Origin: Lama glama | Taxonomy: Eukaryota | Length of the DNA stretch: 64,000 nucleotides | Assembly (NCBI GenBank): GCA_028534125.1 | Contig: CM052817.1 | Coordinates: 29,576,001 to 29,640,000 of the forward strand | Direction of reading: 5' to 3' | The notes under the pieces: generated by a model | The model's database searches: none | Told to the model about the DNA's origin: nothing | Seen by the model: the letters and a program-made list of their open reading frames with translations, nothing else | Shown: positions 54,961 through 64,000 of the stretch, one piece after another | Position numbering within the stretch: the first letter of the stretch is position 1 | Layout: each line of letters starts with the position of its first letter | Translations under genes and position numbers: made by a program

Positions 54961-56064
54961 ATCGACCTATTAGCCTTGATATTTCAGAGCTGAGGAAGCT
55001 CTTTAAAAATTTGTATAAAGCAGTCCTTCAGGAAATATTTTAACTCCAAAGCAAAACCTCAATTCTACCTGCAGATCCTGCTCTTAATGAAACAGTTGTA
55101 GAAATTAAATAAGCAAATGTATGAAAGTCAGGAAGAATTTACACTTGAACCTGCTGTATTTCACTGCACCACACACCACTGCTAGAACCATTCTCTCTAA
55201 TGTGAACTGTATCTCTTCCAACCCAGAGACATCAGTAGAAGTATTATGTTCAGAGAATTCATGGCTATTTGCCTATGAAGACCTATCAGAAGAAATGAGA
55301 GCTTCTTGAACATTTTTTTCTAATTGTGATTATTTTTGATAAAAGCACCAGGAGGTTCTGTGGGTGCAATTCCAAAGACTATTAAAGCTTAGCATATCTC
55401 CACTTAGCAACCCCAACATAGCAAATACACTCTGAAGAACTAAAATTATTCTCAAGTTTGAAGCTAAAATCCCCTAACTGTGAAGAGCTCTCTCCGTGGC
55501 TTCTGCAACATTTTTCATCTATTAAATATTCTATCAAAATATATTTTTAACTGAATAGAAACTTCTATTGAAGATCTGTGGCTATACAGATAAAGTGTCA
55601 TACCTTGGTAATGATTATAGTTGACAAATTGGATGACATAGCTTTAAAGGCAGGGATTAAAGAAATATGATCTGCTTATCCATTTTTATTTTCAATTTAT
55701 TGATCCTGTTTGAATATTTGCAAATGTGATTGGCAAGGTTGGATGATACATACCTAGTTTATACCTTCTCCCCCTCTGACTTGGATCCAAGAGCCAGCTG
55801 GTTAGAATGGCTTGTCAAATAATTTTGTTTTCTGTACAGATTCTTCATGTAATGAAATTAGATTATTTTAAAAAAATCTATTCTTCATATGACACATTGT
55901 CTTTAGAGAAAGCAGTTTCTATTCAATGTTGTTGCTACTAGCAACAGATAGTTAAGTCAGTAAACAGATTGTGGAAAATAATCAGCTCTCTTTGGGGGAA
56001 ATAAACCAAAGGGAGTTGTTTGATATTTCTATCGAAAAGAGAGGTTTTAAATTTCTACATCTTT

Positions 56065-56245
56065 GTAAGCTACACATGGCCTTAAGTAAATTATTTAACC
56101 TGCCTGAATTTCAGTGTCTGCATTTATAAAATAAAAACAATATTAATACCTGTCCCATGGCTTATTTTGAGAAATAAATTGGAAAATATTTATAAAGTGT
56201 TTACCATTCTTCCCAGAATCTATTACATGCTATATAAATTTAAGC
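56065..56245. mobile_element. MIR SINE
   Basis: ggccttaagtaaattatttaacctgcctgaatttcagtgtctgcatttataaaat. Confidence 0.7.
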
Positions 56246-59149
56246 TGTTATTCATACTAACAGAATTCTACTCTTTTCAATTATTCAAAATTTTAAACTT
56301 ACTCTTCTATAATAATCCTATATTAATTAAATCCTTTGATACTTGGATTTAAAATAAGAACAATTGTGTTAAACTAACAGTTGAATTGATATTTTGATTA
56401 ATTAAGGCACTAAATTTCAAGATAGCAATTAATAGAAATATATATTTCTATAATACTCAGTATATGTATTATGATTAACAGATAATATTTGCTAAATTAA
56501 TGCACTGACAAGTAAAGCATGACACTTAAAAGTGAAATTATAACAGTTATATGTGTTCAAAATGAAATGTTCTGAAAGTGAACTTGGATGGAAATACAGT
56601 ACTAATAACAGACATACCTATGATCTATCAACATTTATTTTAGAAAATAGTTTCCTATCCTAAAGATTTTTAGGGTTAACTTTCAATCCAAAATATCTAT
56701 GATGAACTTTCTAGCGAGTGATACTATGCATAGATACCAGGAGTTTGATGACAGTTAAAGAGAGAGATCAGAACCAGAGATAGACTTGCAGGAAAATTGT
56801 TAATTAGGTGAGAATTGGGGATAAGTACCTTAACTGATAGTTTTGTATGTAAATTATTGAGAAAAAGAAATAGTTTTTAGGATTTCCAAAATACCAAATT
56901 ACAAGAAACATCTCCAAAGCTGGTTGCATTTTTATATTTAACCATCTTTGACCTATGGGAAATATATAAGCTGAAAGAAGTCAGAGTAGCTAATTGACTT
57001 GAGCAATACAGTTAAGTAATCTGTACCTGAATTTCTTCATGAGTAAAATGATAAATATATCTAAATATAAAAATATATAAAATATATATCATTTGGTGAG
57101 CATGAAATAAAGTAATATGGGTGCTGCCAATTGGTAACATACTCAGCAGATGCTAGTTATTATTTTCTCTCTCTCTAGACTGTGAACATTTTATTTTTGT
57201 GTGTGGGATGGGGAAGGAGTGGTGGTTGGTTTCATTCACCACCGTTATGTGGTTTTAACACCTGTCCCAAAGTAGGCACTCAATAAATGTTGCAAACTCA
57301 CAGACTTGGCTCTGTGCATTGGGAGATTTTAACTCTGGTCATGCAGCCTTTGAAATTTCCATGATTCTATTTTAGTCCGTATGGAATTGTGATTGAAACT
57401 GTCAGCCAAGACTAATGAGAATAAGGTGAAGAAATTTTATTAACTTTTTAACAGGCTCTCTCAGCCTTTCTGGAGAGCCACTGGTGGTGAGTCATCATGC
57501 TATTTCTGTATGGCTATCAAGTCTGAGTTCAGAATAGAATCTCTAGTTGTGACATGTCTCATTTATATAACATTTTACATAATGCTAAAGTGATATTTCA
57601 ATTTATATTGTATCCCAGAAAAAAAATACTCCTGGAGAAAAGAGCAAAAGAAGCTTGGGAAAAAAATGTTACTTCTGGAAAATAACTATGTATCTTCATC
57701 AAATGAGTGCAGCCTTCCACAATATGTTGTCACAGAAAGCTATAAATTAGGAGTTAGAAGACTAAGATTCTGGTCCTGATTAATTTAGTAACTAACTGTT
57801 TATCTTGGACAAATAAGATAGATATTATCTTGTTAGATGCTCAGGTTCCTTAAGAAAATGATTTTTTGAAGCAGACACTTTCTAGCGTCCTGCACAGCAC
57901 TGAGTATAGACCCTGAAAGAAATTTTCATTGCATCCTGTTCTCCTTGATATTGATGACAGCCTGTTTGATTCAGAAAAAAAAATTTGAGGCTTACAATAC
58001 ATTCTAATACATTCTAAGGTTATACTTTCTAATTTTTTTATTTTTATTTATCAGCAGTGAAAAATTTCTATTTGTATATTGAGAGACTCTATTTCAGGGC
58101 TTCTACAGCTTTCAGCCATCATAATAAACTGACTCATTTAGGAATTTATTAGGTAAAAACAATTTATACATTTGTCTTGTGGTGAGTGCTGGTGGTATCA
58201 TATAACAGTCACATAAACATAGGCTAAATATAAACTTGTGGATCTGCTTGCATTAAAGCAATATAAATGTCCCTTCCCTTTTTTGTAGGAATTTAAGAGT
58301 TATTCCTGTATCTTTTTGTGTAGCACACTGAACTCTGGAATGAGAGCCTCTGAAAATATATGAGTTCTATTTCAAGATTTAAGCCAAAATCAACATTTTT
58401 TAAATTACCAAAAAAAAAATAGGTATACATAATATAAAAATATATAAAAGCCACATTTAGAGTGTCTGGTGCCATCTGGATGTACTTGATGAAAAAAAAA
58501 TGTAATTAGACTATTTGGGAATAGTGCTGGGTAAAGCCTCTCTGAATGCTAACTAGTTTACCTGGTTCATAGCCAAACTATTTACTCAGAATAATGTCAA
58601 TTCCCAACTCAACTAGAATACTCTGTTTTACTGTGTAAGACATTTTCACAATTATAAACTGAACTTATGACACTAACATTTAAATTAGTACACATGTAAA
58701 CTTCCTATTGTATCAAGCTGTCTTCTCTTTAAAAATGACTTCTTTACACAATGGATGGTTTTACAATGAGAATAGCACATGCTTTATGTTACCTGTACTT
58801 TAAAAGCAAAATTTTCAGGCTGAGTGGAATGAAGGATTCATGCAAAGACTACTATTGACAAGGAAAAACAAATCATTAACCTGAAACATCTCTCTAAAGG
58901 CAACCAGAAGTGTATTCCCTAGGTCTACAAAATAACAAAATAACTAATAAGAACTGGTATTCCTTTCCATCCTTATTGTAGTGTAGTTAATCACATGTCA
59001 CATACAGCTACTGACATATACCTAATTCCTGGCTGACCATTATTTCGTCTGGTATTCAAGAAGGCATTTTGGATGTAAGTTTCTATGTTGTTATTGTATT
59101 GTATTGAAAAAAACCTCACAATTACTCTAATTAGTTTTATCCATATATG

Positions 59150-60810
59150 TTTATTTCTGTTAGTGTATTTTAATTTTGAGATGTATACCATACATAGAAT
59201 AATGAGTAAAATCTAAATGAGCAGATTATCACATAATATAAAAATACTCATGTATTACCATCCGGTTCACAAATTAGAAGCTATCCAATAACCTTGATGG
59301 TGTTTTTTCTTTTTCTTTCTTTTTTTCTTTTGATCATATCTGCCTACTGCTTCTAAAAGTAATCATTATGTTTGACACTTGGATTACACTTTTTTTTAAC
59401 TTTGTTTTAGATTTATTATCTGTGTATGTATCCCCTAACAATATCTAGTTTTCTGTCTCTGAAGTTTTTACAAATGGAATTATACTGTACACATTAATGT
59501 TTGTCTTTTTCTTAGCTCTATGTTATATTTACTAGAGCCATCTATGCTGTTCCGTGACTGTGGTTCATTCAGTTTTATTGTTTTAATGATGTTGATGACG
59601 ATATCACTCCCATATTAACTGTAGATATTATTACTAAATATAATAATATTGAGATGAGTTTATTAGTAACAAAGCTTAGATATGAATCTCTTTAATCTGG
59701 TTCCAAGTATGTGTACTCTTAATTGTTTTGATATATACCAACTTATTAGAGTATTTCACAGTATAAAGTAGCATGTTTGCCCATTCTGTTCTTGGTGGAG
59801 ACAAGTTGTTTCCAGCCTTTCCTATAACAAATAATGCTGTTTTGTATATTTTTGTACAAGTATCCTTATACAAGTGCAAATGATTAAGAACTTATGTAAA
59901 GTATAAATTTATGACTGAAATCATTGGGTTGTAGTGTATGTGAGAATACTAATTTATTAGATGATTTCAAACATTTTCCAAAGTGGCAATAACAGTTTAT
60001 ATACTCACAACAGCATTATACACTGACAACACATATTCCCTTGGTCTCTATGTTAGTCAAATTAGAATTTTAAATCTGTTCCCATTTGTTGTATATAGAA
60101 TAGATTTACATCGTGATTTTAATTTGGATTTTTGCTAACTATCTGACTTCTTTTCATTTGTTGTTTGCCTAATTGGATTTCCTCTTTTGTGAAGTGGCCA
60201 TTTAAGGCTTCTGACTATTTTTAAATGAATTCTTTCACCTTTTTTTTAATTGAATGTAGGCTTTTTCAATATATTTTAATTGTCAGTTATTTTGTTGGTT
60301 ACAGGTGTTGGAAATATTTGTTCACTTGGTGTTTTTTTACACTGTCTTTGTAGAATAATGATTTGTATGCTACTGGATACATTAACCCTTTCCTTTATCA
60401 TTGGTAACTAAAATTGTGTTTAATTTTGAGAAGTTATTTGTTACCTTTAAGTTATGAAAATATTTTGTATTGTCTTCTAAAATATTCATAATTTTTCTCT
60501 TCACCTGTAGAACTCACGCAAGGAATTGATTTTAATGCATGCTATAAGGTAGAGACACAATTTGATTCTTTTCATATATGGATATCCAATATCTGAAAGA
60601 GCTTTTTATTTAAAAGTCCCCTTTTTGTCAATGATTTCTAGTGCCACCTCTGTCATATATCAATGTGACCTATATGTGCATGGAACTGTTTCTATTTATA
60701 TGTCATTGTCTTTATCAGCACCTTATTCTTCTCCAGGGGTTCCTTGGCTATTCTCAGCCATTTTAAACTCCAAATGAAATTTTAATTCAACTTTTCTAGT
60801 TTTTCCAATT
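59150..60810 (-). mobile_element. Degraded L1ME-like 3' region
   Basis: aaatggaattatactgta, ttccaaagtggcaataacagtttatatactcac, tatggatatccaat. Confidence 0.7.
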
Positions 60811-60908
60811 TATATTTTAAGATAAATATTTCATAACATGGGTGCCATTAACTGTTAATAGTAACTAAATCATGACACATAATTATGGGAAAAGCAAGCC
60901 TCAATATC

Positions 60909-63754
60909 GACCTTAGGCCGTTTGGGCTATAATAACAGAATCCCATAGATTGGGTGGCTTATGAACAACAGAAATTTATTTCTCACAGTTCTGGAAGCTG
61001 GGAAGCCAAGATTAGTATTTCAGCCAGTTTGATGTCCGATGAAAGCATGCTTTCTGTTTCATAATTGGCTCTATTTTTACTGTGTTCTCTCTCACATGGC
61101 AGAAGGGACTTAGGAGCTCTTTGGACTCTCCTTTATAAAAGTACTAATCTCATTCATGAGAACACCACCCTCATGATCTAATCATTTCCCCAAGTCTCCA
61201 CCTGCTTATACTATTTATTACATAGGGGATTAGGATTTCAACATACAAATTTTGAGGAGGTACAGAATTTCAATCTATAGTATTCCACACCTGGTCCTCC
61301 AAATTCATGTCATTCTTATGTGCAAAATACATTTATTCTATCCCAATAGAAAAGTCTTAACTCATTCCACTATCAATTTTAAAGTCTAAGTCCATAGTCT
61401 TATCTAAATATCATCTAAATCATATATGGGTGAGACTTCAAGGTCCTATTTGTCCTGAAATAAATTGCCTTCCAGCTCTGAACTTGTGAACCCCAAGAAG
61501 TTATGTGCTTCCAAAATACGATGGTGTGACAGGCTTAGGATAGACATTCTCATTCCAAATGGAAGAAATAGGAAAGAGAAAAAGGACTGACTTTTCCCTT
61601 AAAGTCCAAAAGCTGATGAGGCCAACAATGTTCATTAAACCTTAAGACTTGAGAATAATCTTCTTTGTCTTGATGCTTTGCTCTCCAGGCCCACGGGGGT
61701 GAAAATACCATCTTCTGGAAATACTGAGGTGGCAGTCCTGGTCCTGCAGCTTGTTGGGCATCCCTACCCCCCAGATTTGGGTGGCCCTGCCTCCACAGTG
61801 CCTCTGTTCGTGGGTCCTACCCACATGATATTTCTCTAAAGTGATTCCATCTGGAAGCAGCTCTGTGCCTAGGCTGTACACCCTTGACTCCAGTCAGCTC
61901 TATTGAAACCAGAATGGAAACAGCCATGCCCTTAGGGCTCATGTACCTGCTTGGTGGAGAAATGGTGCCACACTGGAGCTACCAAAGTTTGCTGCTTGTA
62001 GCCTCCAGAGGGGTGACCATTGTGGCCAGTGCCACAATCGAGTCTACAGGAACCTCACCTGAAGTGGCCACGGAGCATAGAACCAGAGTGCAGGGAGACT
62101 GTGATGGGAGACTGTGGCAGGCTATGCTCACTGAGGTCCCGCAGGCACTGGCAGCCCCTCCTTTGAAGTCACTCTGCTTCCTGGATGCTTGCTTGCACTC
62201 TGGGCCTGTGATGGAAGTGGCAGCTTTGGTGATCTCTTTTTTTTTTTTGGGGGGGGGGTTTCATGGGTAGGTTTTATTCCTAGTAGCAGTATTTCCTTTT
62301 TAAAAAACTAAGGCATAATTGACTAACATCACTATATTAGTTTCAGGTGCACAACACAGCAATTCAATATTTTTATACACTACAAAGTGATCACCAGGAT
62401 AAGCCTAGCTACCGTCTGTCTCCACACATGATTGACAACTTCTCTATGCTGTACGTTACATCCCCATGACTTTTTTCTTTTATAACTGGAAGTTTGTACC
62501 TCTTTTTTTTTTACATTTTTTATTGATTCATAATCATTTTACAGTGTTGTGTCAAATTCCAGTGTTCAGCACAATTTTTCAGTCATTCATGGACATATAC
62601 ACACTCATTGTCACATTTTTTTCTCTGTGATTTATCATAACATTTTGTGTATATTTCCCTGTGCTATACACTGTAATTTTGCTTATGGTGATCTCTGAAT
62701 TGTCTTCAGGGCCATTCTGCCACATTTTAGAGAACAGCTCCTAGCTCCTGTGAGACGGCTCATCCATACTAATATCAGTATTAAAGGATCCTTGGCCACA
62801 CCTTTAGTGTTCTTGTTTTTTGCAATATGGATAAGCAGAGAATTTTCCAAATTTTTAAATTCTGCTTCTCTTTTGATTAATAATTCCATCTTTAAGTCAT
62901 TGCTCTATTTTTGAATGCTACTGTTGGGAGTCTGGAGAAGCCACACTACACTCTAAACACCCCTTAGAAATAGCTTCAGCTAAATATTGCATTTCACTGC
63001 TTACACCTTCTAGCATCCACAGAAGACACATATAACTTAGCCAAATTCTTTGCCACTGTATAACTAGGATCACCTTTCCTCTAGTTTTCAATAACACATT
63101 TTTCATTTACATCTGAGACCTCATCGGAATGGCCTTTACCATCTATATCCCTACTAACATTCTGCTGAAAATTACTTGGATATTCTCTAAGAAGGCTGAG
63201 GCTTTTCCCTTTAGCTCTTGCCTTTTCTTTCTGAGCTCTCATTCAAATCATTTTTAAAGGTTCATTCATGTCTATGTAGGCTTTTTCTAGCATGCACCTC
63301 AGAACCGCCCCCAGCCTCTATCTATTTCCTGTTTCAAAAGCTGCTTCCACATTTCTAGATATTTGTGCCACAGAGACATCCCATCTCTTGGTACCAATTT
63401 CTTTCTTAGTTCATTCAGGCTGCTATAAGACAGTACCACAGACTGCGTGGCTTATAAACAACAGAAATTTATTTCTCATAGTTCTGGAGGCTGAGGAAAC
63501 TAAGATCAAGTTGCTAACAGTGTCTGGTTTCTAGTTTCTAGTTCATAGACAACATTGTTTTGCTGTGTCCTCACATGGCAGAGAAGTCAGAGATCTCTCT
63601 GGACTTCCTTTTATAAGGACGTGATCTTATTCATTATGAGTCCACCCTTATTACCTAAGAACTTCTCAAAGACCCTGCTTCCAAATACAATCACATTTTG
63701 TATTGGGATTTCAGCGTATGAATTTTGAGGGACACAAATATTCAGTCTATAGAA
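60909..63754 (-). mobile_element. Full-length MaLR element (MLT1A-type): LTR 60909-61282, internal region, LTR ~63401-63754
   Basis: Two direct LTR copies (ggcttatRaacaacagaaatttatttctcaYagttctgga ... ttcaRtctatag) flank MLT1-int-like sequence. Candidate 5-bp TSD atatc / acatc. Confidence 0.9.
62238..62685 (-). mobile_element. Young camelid-type L1 3' end (62503-62685) with 3'-transduced flank (62249-62502)
   Basis: TSD tggtgatctct at 62227-62237 and 62686-62696, with two poly(T) tracts (62238-62248 and 62503-62512). Confidence 0.88.
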
Positions 63755-64000
63755 ACATCAAAATCAAGGACTACCTTATACTTTAAATGCCTTAAAATTT
63801 CCCCTCAACTTGACTAAACAGGAAGAAGCCTGATCTAAGCCCCTGTCTCCCTTTTCTTAGAACAGTTACTTTAGAAAACTTTTAAGTACAAATTCTTTCT
63901 CTGCCCTTTTGAGGTATATACATTTCTCTCAACCTCTTGCCAACTTTGCAACCCAACAATATATTTCTGAAGGACTTGGGAGCCACTTTTTCCGATAAAT

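Noticed and set aside
61642..63534. ORFs of 62-128 aa
   Set aside because: They lie within the MaLR internal region and LTR and show no recognisable intact domain.
1..64000. CRISPR arrays, tRNA/rRNA genes, operons or other prokaryotic systems
   Set aside because: None seen. The sequence is mammalian repeat-rich non-coding DNA.

Overview
AT-rich, repeat-dense mammalian genomic DNA, probably camelid. That assignment rests on the cetartiodactyl/camelid-type young L1 3' ends and on seeing no Alu, BovB/Bov-A2 or PRE-1. I find no intact protein-coding gene. The window holds a full-length but disrupted L1 with target-site duplications (19020-25946), a full-length MaLR (MLT1A-type) element with both LTRs (60909-63754), a Tigger1 remnant, a Tigger-type MITE and many old L1/MIR/MLT fragments. 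The most unusual structure is a GC-rich block at ~34920-39105. Here an intronless KLF13 retrocopy (+) is joined tail-to-tail to an intronless KIF3C retrocopy (-), with no poly(A) on either. The KLF13 half is a CpG island despite a destroyed protein, while the KIF3C half is CpG-depleted. A clear L1 3' transduction (62238-62685) is nested in the MaLR. Repeat subfamily names come from recalled consensus sequences and need Dfam/RepeatMasker confirmation.
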